A stretch of DNA of 63,798 nt, filler included, from Octopus bimaculoides (GCF_001194135.2; 7 parts of 5 records of this genome joined end to end with filler, not necessarily neighbours in it); one strand, 5' to 3'; shown: positions 26,855 to 38,020, counted from the whole stretch's first letter. Numbers and translations: made by a program. The notes: a model not told the origin generated them from the letters alone.

Positions 26855-27186
26855 CCGTAAACTGACACTCCGTTGGTTACGACGACAAGGGTTCCAGTTG
26901 ATCCGATCAGCACAACATCCCACTCGAGAAATTAACGTGCAAGTGGCTGAGCACCTCACAGACACGCGTACCCTTAACGTATTTCTCAAGTAGATTCAGC
27001 GTGGCACAGAGTATGACAAGAATGGCCCTTTGAATTACAGATACAACTCATTTTTGTTAGCTGAACAGACTGAAGCAATGTGAAATAAAGTGTCTTGTTC
27101 AAGGAACACAACGCGGTGCCAAGTACCGAACTCACGACCATACGATCGTGAGCCGAATACACTAACCATTAAGCCACGTGCCTTCA
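26855..27186 (-). mobile_element. SINE family C
   Basis: Reverse complement of the 17362 body and tRNA-like head. Confidence 0.88.
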
Positions 27187-27530
27187 ACGAAATCATAAAA
27201 CAGAGGAAGTAAATGGTAACGTGACACCGACGATATTTCGGCTCAGAACGTACCGAGTCGATACGAATTACGGTGAAGCATATAATATGGCTTCACCTTT
27301 ACTTAATAATACATTATTTCTTTGTTTACTGGAAATCATTTTATTTTTCACGTTGGCAAATGGCCAGACACTGTGATAGAGTAATATAACCGATCAAATC
27401 GATTATAATCAACATCAATATTTGACTGGTACTCACTCATTTTATTATCGATATCTATATATAGATACATGTGTATAGCTATAAAGCGACATAAATGCCT
27501 CAGTGCTGGAGAGTTTTGTATGGTGCCTAA

Positions 27531-27600
<70 letters not shown>

Positions 27601-27710
27601 NNNNNNNNNNNNNNNNNNNNNNNNNNNNNNNNNNNNNNNNNNNNTTAATTAATTAANNNNNNNNNNNNNNNNNNNNNNNNNNNNNNNNNNNNNNNNNNNN
27701 TGTGTGTGTG

Positions 27711-27868
27711 TTAGTCTTACAGCTGTGTGTGTGTGTGTGTGTGTTAGTCTTACAGCTGTGTGTGTGTGTGTGTGTGTGTTAGTCTTACAGCTGTGTGTGT
27801 GTGTGTGTTTTAGTCTTACAGCTGTTTCTGGGATATCCCTAATATCCCAGAAACAGCCGTAAGACTAA
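27711..27868. repeat. Four copies of TTAGTCTTACAGCTG interleaved with (TG)n, the last forming a 27-bp-arm palindrome (27810-27868)
   Basis: Left arm TTAGTCTTACAGCTGTTTCTGGGATAT vs right arm ATATCCCAGAAACAGCCGTAAGACTAA: 26/27 complementary, 5-nt loop. Confidence 0.92.
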
Positions 27869-29128
27869 CTTTCTCTTTATGAATGTCCTGAAAATTCCAC
27901 ACAGCCTTGGCTATGTTGTCTCATTGTATTTAACATATACATGCTCATACAAGACTCGCATTAGAATCCTCACTCGTATTATCGAACTGAGAATTTAACG
28001 ATAGTCCTTCCATAGCACTTACATAGCCTTACTTGTCACCTTGGGTCTTCTGGATACCAATATATCTCACATATATCTATATACATGTATGTATGTATGT
28101 ATGTATGTATGTATGTATGTATGTGTGTATATATGTATGTATGTATGTATGTATGCGTGCATTCATGTATGTGTTTATGTATGTATATACATATGTATGT
28201 AGTTATGAAACAGTTAATGCGTCACACACGCACACAGTTACCACCACACGCACACACGCTACCACGCACATGCGCACAAACAAACAAACAAACAAACAAA
28301 AAGAACGCAGCCCGGATAACGGACAGAGTCAACGACCATTGAAAAGTTTGCAAGAGGCAACGAAAATTTTAGAAAAATAGATAAGTAAATGAGTGGGAAT
28401 CGAACCAGTGAGTGTGTTAAGTAATAAGGCACTAAAAGAGAATGACTCTTCTCAGACAATAATGTGTGTGTGTGTTTGTGTGTGTGCGTGTGTGTGTGTG
28501 AGTGTGTATGTGTGTGTGTGTGTGTATACATACACATGTGCATACACACACATATATTATATATGCATATACAATGTATATATGCGGAAAAAGTCGTAAA
28601 CAATTGTATTGAGATGTCATTGCCAGAGATGCGACATGAGAAGACATTAATATGGTAATTCAAGATCATTTGGCGATCCCAGTTGCGACAGAAATCTCTC
28701 GCAACTTCTAGGAGAAGTAGTCGTGAGTTCCGTCACGACTGGCATTGCCAAATAATGATGATTTTTTTTGTTTTTCTCAGAAACAAGTCGGACTCCACTC
28801 ATCTCTTATGATTCGTTCCACAGGAAGCTGTGAGCGACAAATCTTGATTTGTTCATGAAGCAGAGACAAGCGTCGGATACCAGAGCACGATAATCCACAA
28901 GAAGCGTTTTTATGTGGTCTGGAGCTAGATAATATCCTACAGAGATTATAAGACTTGATGGAATTTATCTCATTTCATAGCAAGGTTTTGATAGAAATAA
29001 TTTCCAACAAGGCTAAGAACATCGATGTATAAAAAAGTCAGTTGTCGTTTCATCCTGTAATGATTCACACCTATGATAAACAATATTCTGCTTGTGACCA
29101 TCTTGTCTTTTATTCATTTTTCATACAT

Positions 29129-29289
29129 AGGCGCAGGCGTGACTGTTTTGTAAGTTTGCTCCCCAACCACATGGTTCTGGGTTCAGTTCCACTGCGTAGC
29201 ACCTTAGGATGGTTTCTTCTACTATAATTTCGGGGTGACCAAAGCCTTGTGAACGGATTTGGTAGATGGAAATTGAAAGAAGGCCATCA

Positions 29290-29320
<31 letters not shown>

Positions 29321-29450
29321 CTGCGTTTTTCCCCCACAGCCGCTCGACAACCAGTGTAGTGTGTTTATGTCTCCGTAACGTAGCGGTTCGGCAAAAAAGA
29401 GCGATAAAATAAGTATCAGGCTTAAAATAAAAATGAGTACTGGGATCGAA
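29129..29450 (+). mobile_element. SINE family A
   Basis: AACCACATGGTTCTGGGTTCAGTTCCACTGCG head, internal (TG)n. Confidence 0.88.
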
Positions 29451-29880
29451 GAAGCAGTGTTATATTCAAGAAAATTACGCACTACCCGCTCTGAGAATTG
29501 AAATCATGAGTACAACTCATACAAATCATGTGACCGTTAGTACAACACCCTAATCACGACTTCGCAGGTTCAGTATATAAATCTTAGAATCGATACTTGC
29601 CAGCCAGTGAAGCAGTCTTCAATAACACAATGCTCCCACTATATACTAGCAGGGATTTTCTTCATTGAACCTATTTACAGATCACTGGACAAAGACACTG
29701 AGAGGTAAAGCGTCTTTATAAGAAAAAGGCCTGTCATCTCCGGTCATGGAATGCGAACCTTTGACCCTTCAGGCGGCAGACCAGCATTTTAACCTATCAG
29801 CCATTACAAATCTTCTCTTTTTCATCTTGATATTAATTACAGTTTTCTAATTAATTGTCAGAGTAATTCAGTCTTTCATC

Positions 29881-30217
29881 TTTTACTTGTTTTAGTCATT
29901 AGACTGCAGCCATGCTGGAGCACCACCTTCAGGAATTTTAGTCGAATGACTCGACCTCAGTACTTTGTTTAAGCCTGGTACTTATTCTATCGGTCTCTTA
30001 TGCCGAACTGCTAAGTTATGGGGACATAATCACTCCAGATAGATAGATAGATATGACGGGCTTCTTTCAGTTTCCAGCAACAGATTCACTCACAAGGCTT
30101 TAGTCGATCCAAGGCTATAGCGGAAGATACTTGCCCAAGGTTCCACACAGTGGGACAGAACCCAGAATCATGTGGTTGGGAAGCAAACTTCTTACCACAC
30201 AGCCACGCTCGCGTCCT
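29881..30217 (-). mobile_element. SINE family A
   Basis: Reverse-complement head CTTACCACACAGCCAC and tail TTTTACTTGTTT. Confidence 0.88.
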
Positions 30218-30219
30218 TA

Positions 30220-30930
30220 TTTTTCATCAATACTTTTAAGAACTCACTCAATAATGTATTTCTCTTCATTGCTCACCATTTCGCTGCCAGAATTCTACCA
30301 GCTTGTCAATGCCTTGACAGTAGAAATCATCAGATCTTGACTCGAAGAATTATTCAGCTAGATTTTCAGCTCCAAGTCATTGTCGAACGAAACGCCTCAC
30401 AGACTGTTGGAGAACGGTAAAAAAAGATGAAGATCTAAAGACGCTATATGAGGAGAATATGGTAGAACTTCCCAAACGAGCTCTTGAATAGCATGTTTGA
30501 GTCAGATTGGCGACATGAGGCGAGCGTTGTCGTGTTGAAGAAGTACGTTGGAGTCGTTTCATCTGGTCGGGTCGTTTCAACTAGACTGGGTCGTTGAGCC
30601 GGTGCATTTGCTGAACGTAAAGTTCTGCATTGACTTTGAGGTTGTCATCAAGCATCTCGTGATTAATTATTCCATTCCAAGCCAACCAAACGCAGATTAT
30701 TGTGTTGCGTGAATGCTGCTCTGGATGAAGCTCTGGATGCAGCACAAATATCTCGAGCGGATTTGGTAGCTTTGGATTCTTGGCTGAAAGTGAAGAGAAG
30801 CAGATGTCGAAAATGCTCGTAGTTTTCTACTTGGCATTCCATCGTTATATATCTGAAAAGAAGTAAAGCTTTTTTCAAATTTGAAGAACGATGAACGAAA
30901 GTTGCAGGGAAAAAATAAATGACAAAATCC
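30220..30930 (-). mobile_element. Internally deleted mariner transposase relic
   Basis: MECQVENYEHFRHLLLF...KSARDICA joined to QHDNAR-PHVANLT and FFESRSDDFYCQGIDKLVEFWQ. Confidence 0.88.
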
Positions 30931-30949
30931 ACAAAACACTAGCTTAAAG

Positions 30950-31080
30950 ATAATTCTGAGTTCAAATTTCACCAAGATTGGTTTTGCCTTTTACTCTTCT
31001 GGGGTTGATAAAATAAGTACCAGCTGAGCACTGGGGTCGATGTAATTGATTTACCACCTTGTGGCAAAATTTGAAACCAA
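30950..31080 (+). mobile_element. SINE family B, 3' part
   Basis: TTCTGAGTTCAAATTT...GATAAAATAAGTACCAG...AATTTGAAACC. Confidence 0.8.
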
Positions 31081-32084
31081 TATCATAGTTCCATTAATAT
31101 CCGAAATGTTTTAGATGAATATTCAATCAACCCCATACTTCACTGGTTCCGTCGCTTTTTGGTTTTTCTTTTTATGTTATCTTATGCGATATGTCCATGT
31201 TTAAGACAGTAGAGTGTGATTTGAGGGATATGTAGTTGCTATTTCTAGCAATTTGAACAACCTTCGCTGGCCGTTGAAGATGTTGGTTGAATAAGATTCT
31301 TTCGCTGATAATCGTCTGACAGATTATCCGTCCATCTTAAAAATGGAGATTTGGTGTAAAACGACGTATGATTTATCGTACGTCTCATCACAACATTTTC
31401 ATCAAGTTACAAAAACGTCTGGTATATCTACATGGACATCACACATTAATGTTTCCCTAAGATCTCCATTAGTCCCTTCAATTGGTCACAATATCTCGGA
31501 TGTGCCCCTGTTTTCGTCCATGATGGAACTATCGTCTGAACTTTTACAATATTTCTAGAGAAAGCTGATGTCGTTCATTGAATATGAAGCTTTTAACTTT
31601 TAGCCAAAACCCTAGGGTTTACTCCGTGAAATTTTTTCACGCAATGCTCATATGTGTTAAAATGATAAAAACGACTACAAACGTATCAAAGTCGGTGCAT
31701 GGCTGCGAAATGATGTTTGCGTACGTGCGCGTGAGTTTATGATTATGTTTATGACCATGCGTGTATGCCTGTGTGTATGTATGAAAGAAAGATAAAGTAA
31801 GCAAATATATATGCGTGTGTGTGTATATATATATATATAAATGTATGTCACGGCGTGTGTTTGAGTGCGCGCGTGTGTGAGCGTGTGCATTTGGCTGAGT
31901 GTGGTTGTTGCTATGTTCGTAATGTGTGTGTGTGCGTGCGTGTGTGTGTGTGTGTGCATGCGAGTATATATGAAGTTATGAAGGCACGTGTACGTACGCC
32001 TGTGTGTATGCTACAACCGCCATGTTAATATTCTACTTCTTTGTCTGTTGTCTGTCTGTGTGTCAGTTTCTCCCTCTCCCTCTC

Positions 32085-32138
<54 letters not shown>

Positions 32139-33312
32139 CACACACCCTGTCTTTCTCCTTTCTTCTCTCTTTCGTTTTCTTACTCTCTAAACCCGATCGT
32201 TTTCCCATATTAAAACTGCAATTTGCTTCCAAAGATCTCACGACCAAGGTCATCGGATTGATATTCGGGCGATCTGAGGCTTCCATTTTACACCTTGGCC
32301 TCAGCTATTGCAAATTCTTAGTCCACAATAAACACGACATTTCAGCCTCTAACACTTTGCGCCGCCATTACTCCCGACGATGATGATGATACAAGCAACC
32401 ATCACCACCACTACTATGATCATCATCATCATCATCGTCATCATCATCGTCATCGTCATCATCATCATGGCCGTCATCTCTAACCCAGAGCAGGACGGCC
32501 ACCAATAGAATAGCTCCAGACATCATTAGAACGAAACAGAAAAGTAGGTCATCTCCGTCTGCCTTCTCTCTTTCCTTTTCTGCCAGGTCTCTCTTCTTCG
32601 TCTTCTTACTGTTGTTGTTCTTGAGCTCTTACTAGACGTTAACCTCCACCCTTCGCTCGCTGTTCCTACAGTTGCCTTCCCTCCCGCGTCTTACTAATAT
32701 TATTATTTTTATTCTTCTCCTCTTATACGTCACATACCTCCCCGCTGACATCACTTATCACGGACAGAGCAGCAGTTAGCGGCGGCAGCAATATCAGCAA
32801 CATCATCATCAGCATCATCGTGATCGCCGCCGCCGCCACCACCACCACCACCACCACCACCACCATCAGCAGCGGCAGCTGTAGTTGTAGTAGTAGTATT
32901 AGTAGTAGTAGTAGTTGCAGTAGAGGTAGCAGCAGCAGTAATAGTAGTAGTAGTAGTAGTAGTAACGGCAACGATAGAAGCAGCAGCAGCAGCTGCAGCT
33001 CCACCAATGAAAATACTCCCTCAATCTAAAAATTCTCTTTCTCTTTCCCCCTCTCTCTCTTTCTCTTACTATTTCTCTCTCTCTACTCCTCTCCCCCTCT
33101 CTCTTTTTTTCTTGCTATTTCCCTCTCTCTACTCCTCTCCCCCTCTCTTATATCATTTACTCTGTCGATATCATTCAGTGCAAAGCATGAAGATCACAGC
33201 ATTCCGTTCTGCTTTCTTCATATTAAACCTCGTTGTTCTTTTTCTTTCGTATTTATAAATATTTTCTCTTTTGTTCATCTTTTTTTGTCCAGCACCTTAT
33301 CTGAAGCATTAA

Positions 33313-33690
33313 GGCGCAGACGTACGTGGTTGTGTGGTTAAGAGGCATGGTTCCGAGTTCAGTCCCGCTGCGTGGCACCTTGGGCAAATGTCTTCTACTA
33401 CAGCCTCGGGCTGACCATTAACCTGTGAGTAAATTTGGAAGACGGCAACTGAGTGGTAACCTGTCGTGTGTGTGTGTCTTTGCGTTTATATTTGTCTTTT
33501 CCCAATCGCAAGGCAACTGCTGTTGGTTTGTTTACATCCCTGTAACTTAGCGGTTCCACAATAAGACCGACAGAATAACTACCAAGCTAAAAGAAACAAA
33601 AAAACAGTAAGTCCTGGGTAGATTTCTCTGACTAAAACCCTTCAAGGCGATACCCCAACATGGTCGCAGTCCAAATAAAAGAAAGATAAA
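33313..33690 (+). mobile_element. SINE family A
   Basis: GTTCAGTCCCGCTGCGTGGCACCTTGGGCAAATGTCTTCTAC. Confidence 0.85.
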
Positions 33691-33884
33691 AGTAACATCA
33701 ATTTCGTAATACCCTAATTTTGTATAATGCTAATTTAGTATTAGACTGATTATGCATTGCGACTATTTTCTGTAACCCTAATTTTGTATAAGAATAAATT
33801 TGTATCACACCAATGCCGAGGATCTCTTATGGTGAAAGCACATCATTAGCGTAGACGAGATCGTCACCCGAACAGAGCCGAATG

Positions 33885-33885
33885 A

Positions 33886-33917
<32 letters not shown>

Positions 33918-34103
33918 CGCCTCCCAACCATCGCTTGACAACCAATGCTGGTGTGTTTACGTTCTCGTAGCGGTTCGTCAAAACAGACTGATTGAATAAG
34001 TACTAGGCTTACAAAGAATAAGTCCTGGGGTCGATTTGCTCGACTAAAGGCGGTGCTCCAGCATGGCCGAAGTCAAATGACTGTAACAAGAAAAGAACAA
34101 AAT
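33885..34103 (+). mobile_element. SINE family A, 3' half
   Basis: CATCGCTTGACAACC...GGCGGTGCTCCAGCATGGCC. Confidence 0.88.
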
Positions 34104-34489
34104 GAATGACACCATGAAAACTTCGAAATTATATTTTCAGTCATATAAACCACTTCAAATATTATTTTAGCAAGTTTAAAGTGATTTCTTTCGTGCCGTA
34201 AACCGTTTACCATTCCCTTCACTTGATGCCCTCCACACGCGCTTATTTTGCTTGATGGTTAATCCAAAGACCAGAAGATATTTCATTTCACAACTGCGGA
34301 CGCTAAAAAGGCTTAAAGCCGACCCAAACTGGAGTGCTGTTCCTACAATTTGATTGGTGCTACTACTAAACACACAGATATCCTGGATAACTGGATCGAA
34401 TTCGGACAATAACCACTCTGTGATTCGTATTCACGCTGTCTCTTCCTTCTTGTTTTTTTTTTTTATCCTTACTATAATGGTCCCTTATG

Positions 34490-34800
34490 AAAGCTCGTGG
34501 TTTGGTGGTTAAAGTATCCAGCGCACGATCGTAAGGACATGAGTTCGACTACCAGTGGCGCATTGCGTCCTCGAGAAAAACACTTTATTCCACATTCCTC
34601 CCCTCCGCTCAGCTGGCAAAAAGGAGTATTACCTGTATTTAAGGGCCAGCATCGTCACGCTGAATCTCCCTGAGTACTATGTTAAAGATACGCGTGTCTG
34701 TGGAGTACTTATCCACTTGCACGTTAATTTCACCATCAGGCTGTTCTGTTGATCGGATCGACTAGAACACTCGTCGTTGTAACCAATGGAATGCCAGTTA
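34490..34800 (+). mobile_element. SINE family C
   Basis: tRNA-like head (GAGTTCGACT) plus family C body. Confidence 0.85.
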
Positions 34801-34829
34801 AAGTGAAGTTATAATGGTCTCTGTTCTTT

Positions 34830-35640
34830 AGAGTATGTAGGTCTAGTCTTTGCAACCAATCAGGCGTTCCCGGTCCATTCATCTTTCCATTTTACTCTGT
34901 TCTACTCTCCCTCCCCCATCCCAAATTTCTTCAGTTCTACACCAAACATTATGCTCATCCTTCACCCCAGAATACGGTCTTCAAGATTATCTGGCCCACT
35001 CATGTCTTTCCTGCAGTTTAAACGGAATATCAACCGCGACAATCTCATCCTGGCTTGGAGGGCCGGCAAGGGCCATGAACTCTGTCCCCTCCTCCAGACA
35101 CAGTATCGACCAGACGATCAGGCGATGTCATACACCGCTGGCCACAATGTGCTTCCAATTTTGTCTCGATTGCGCCGTTCTTTTCCATCTTGGCCCAATT
35201 GCTTGACCAAATCGTCTTCCCATCGTCGTAGAGTCCTTCTCCGTGGCCTTTTCTGATCTCTTGGATACCATTCGGTAACTACTTGGGTCCACCGTTTGTC
35301 TGTGAATCTTGTGACATGTCTGGTCCAGTGGAACTTGTGTTTTCGGTATTCTGCACTCACATCGTTCACACCTCCCCGTTCTCGATTTATCTTGCATGCC
35401 CCTTTCCGTAGACCTTTGCGTTGTGGCCAATCGATGTTCTATCCCCTTCGTAGTAGCCCACGTCTCACTTGCTCATATGAGCACATGTAGGACATTGTTA
35501 TTGATGAGTTCTATCACGTATTGTGGTCTGGAGCACATCCTTTATTGTGTTAAATGCCTTCCATACTGTCCTTATTCCTCTTGAGATTTCAGTATCCATA
35601 TCTCAGCGTATATTCACCGTAGGCCCTAAGTGGTCGTACT
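34830..35640 (-). mobile_element. 5'-truncated RTE-clade LINE (3' end of RT ORF plus 3' UTR)
   Basis: NNNVLHVLI*ASETWATTKGIEHRLATTQRSTERGM and KFHWTRHVTRFTDKRWTQVVTEWYPRDQKRPRRRTLRRWEDDL match RTE YGSETW and WAGHVxRxxDxRWT...RWxD motifs. Confidence 0.92.
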
Positions 35641-35862
35641 CTCTTTACCACCCCTATTCAGCTTTGTGCTACATCTTCTGACACAGGATCTAAAACGTTT
35701 TATTTTAAATAAAACCAATTAGTTGTACAATACACATTTTGGTATTTCATTTAATTCCTATTAATTAATTTGGTGTAAAAGTACCAGCGGTCTCGTTAGA
35801 GGGCATTGTGGCCTGGTTCGGTGTTTTACGCCCGTTTTGTCTACAGCGAGAAATTTTCTCCA

Positions 35863-36050
35863 CAAGGCGGTGAGCTGGCAGTAACGTTAGCACGCCGGGT
35901 CAAAATGTTTAGTGGTATTTCGTCTGCCGCTACGTTCTGAGTTCAAATTCCGCCGAGGCCAACTTTGCCTTTCGTTCGTTCGAGGTCGATAGATTAAGTA
36001 CCAGTTGCGCACTGGATCGATCTAATCGACTGGCATCCTCCCCCAAAATT
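35863..36050 (+). mobile_element. SINE family B inserted in monomer 1 with ~12-bp TSD (AAATTTTCTCCA / AAAATTTCTCCA)
   Basis: Filled site here; the equivalent empty site is visible in monomer 2 at ~36390-36405. Confidence 0.92.
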
Positions 36051-36282
36051 TCTCCATGACAAAACAAAGTCAATGTATTTTTTTACAGGTTCAAATAAGC
36101 CTCAAGCATATTTGAACTGGTAACATGTTTGTATTTATACACATTACTACTTAGTGCTGTTAGCCCATATTTTATTTACGGCCAACCGCCCACTAGTGCA
36201 ACCAGTCATTGAACGATGACGAGACTATCATATGATGGACTTGTCTCTCATGTTAGCTCACAGCATCTGCTTTTCCGGTCTC

Positions 36283-36328
36283 TGCTGCTGAAGAGGAGAT
36301 AACCACTCTGAAATGCATGCATCCGACA
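36283..36328 (+). ncRNA. Type I hammerhead ribozyme, catalytic core fully intact
   Basis: TGCTG-CTGAAGA(36288-36294)-GGAG-ataacca-CTCT-GAAA(36310-36313)-TG-catg-CA-T-C(36323)-CGACA. Stem II 4 bp, stem III 3 bp within palindrome ATGCATGCAT, AUC triplet, stem I 4/5 pairs. Confidence 0.8.
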
Positions 36329-37097
36329 ATCTTGCTAGGGAGCGCTGTGAAATGACTCACTGTATTTACACATCTTTGTCTACAGCGAGAAATTCTCCCC
36401 ATGACAAAATACAGTAAATGGTTTTCTTACGGCTTTGAGCATGCCTCAAATATATTTGAGCTGGTAACAAGTTTGTATTCATACACATTACTGCTTAGAG
36501 CTGTCGCCCCTATTTTAAAAGTAATTTTGTATCACGCTAATCCGATATTACTTCCCATTTGGCAATTGGCACTTTACTAGTTTGCTATTTCTCTATTATG
36601 ATGATATTACATCAATTTCTTTACAACAATATTTCGCATGACATCAATTCTGTGTTACCTTAATTTTGTATCGTCCAAAAACATTGTAATATTTTTTATA
36701 ACAATTTTTGGTTTTAAAAGCAATTTTTGTATAACAATTTGGTTTTAGCCTCATGTCGTAAAATACTAAATAGATATTTCGATGTTTTTTACATAATCAC
36801 TAATTTGGATCTATTTTAAAACGGGGGCCACATTTTTCATTAATGTTTTACGTAGTGTTTTTGGTACGGAAAGACTTTCAAACTTCGTATACTTATCTAC
36901 TTTGTGTTATAGAACAGAAAAATATTTTTGTATTCGAATTTATTTCATGTAAAAAATTGTCTTATTTCGATAATTTCAACCAATCACTGACAAGTATTCA
37001 GTTGTTTACATTTACTCCTTTGGCTGATTAAGCGATGTAAAGCGTATTTAATCTCCATACCTTCGTTTTATTTGCTTTTTTCATTTTAAATTTGCTT

Positions 37098-37153
37098 TAA
37101 CCCTAACACTAACCTTAACCCTAACCCTAGGGTTAGGGTTAGGGTTAGGGTTA
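37098..37153. repeat. Interstitial telomere-type repeats in a palindromic (CCCTAA)n-(TTAGGG)n junction centred on CCCT|AGGG (37128/37129), running into a gap
   Basis: TAACCCTAACACTAACCTTAACCCTAACCCTAGGGTTAGGGTTAGGGTTAGGGTTA. Confidence 0.92.
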
Positions 37154-37825
37154 NNNNNNNNNNNNNNNNNNNNNNNNNNNNNNNNNNNNNNNNNNNNNNN
37201 NNNNNNNNNNNNNNNNNNNNNNNNNNNNNNNNNNNNNNNNNNNNNNNNNNNNNNNNNNNNNNNNNNNNNNNNNNNNNNNNNNNNNNNNNNNNNNNNNNNN
37301 NNNNNNNNNNNNNNNNNNNNNNNNNNNNNNNNNNNNNNNNNNNNNNNNNNNNNNNNNNNNNNNNNNNNNNNNNNNNNNNNNNNNNNNNNNNNNNNNNNNN
37401 NNNNNNNNNNNNNNNNNNNNNNNNNNNNNNNNNNNNNNNNNNNNNNNNNNNNNNNNNNNNNNNNNNNNNNNNNNNNNNNNNNNNNNNNNNNNNNNNNNNN
37501 NNNNNNNNNNNNNNNNNNNNNNNNNNNNNNNNNNNNNNNNNNNNNNNNNNNNNNNNNNNNNNNNNNNNNNNNNNNNNNNNNNNNNNNNNNNNNNNNNNNN
37601 NNNNNNNNNNNNNNNNNNNNNNNNNNNNNNNNNNNNNNNNNNNNNNNNNNNNNNNNNNNNNNNNNNNNNNNNNNNNNNNNNNNNNNNNNNNNNNNNNNNN
37701 NNNNNNNNNNNNNNNNNNNNNNNNNNNNNNNNNNNNNNNNNNNNNNNNNNNNNNNNNNNNNNNNNNNNNNNNNNNNNNNNNNNNNNNNNNNNNNNNNNNN
37801 NNNNNNNNNNNNNNNNNNNNNNNNN

Positions 37826-37857
<32 letters not shown>

Positions 37858-37860
<3 letters not shown>

Positions 37861-38020
37861 GTCGATGGCTTCCGCACACCATCTGTACACCAAATTCACT
37901 TACAGAGCATTGGTTGGTCCGGGACTATATTAGAAGACACCCAAGTTGCCGTACCGTGGGATTGAACATACATAATTACATACATACATAATTACAAAAT
38001 GAGCTTTTTAACCACCCGGC
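37858..38020 (-). mobile_element. SINE family A, 5' half, diverged
   Basis: CAAATTCACTTACAGAGCATTGGTTGGTCCGGGACTATATTAGAAGACAC resembles the family A reverse complement. Confidence 0.7.

Larger units (their letters stand above)
35784..36515 (+). mobile_element. Retrozyme-like insertion: 1.5 tandem monomers (~345 nt each once the SINE is removed) joined at a hammerhead, flanked by TSD TAAAAGTA (35776-35783 and 36516-36523)
   Basis: Direct repeat 35784-~36175 (SINE-interrupted) vs 36323-~36516 with offset 539. Homology starts at the HHR cleavage position. Identical 8-bp flanks. Confidence 0.75.

Noticed and set aside
28765-28900. Strong splice acceptor (TTTTTCTCAG) as a coding exon
   Set aside because: All three frames stop or give unrecognisable peptides, and no convincing donor was found.
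31607-31620. AAACCCTAGGGTTT palindrome sharing the CCCTAGGG core with 37128
   Set aside because: Only 14 bp with no adjoining telomere repeats; likely chance.
37098-37153. Ancestral end-to-end chromosome fusion site
   Set aside because: The repeat orientation is opposite to that produced by telomere fusion.
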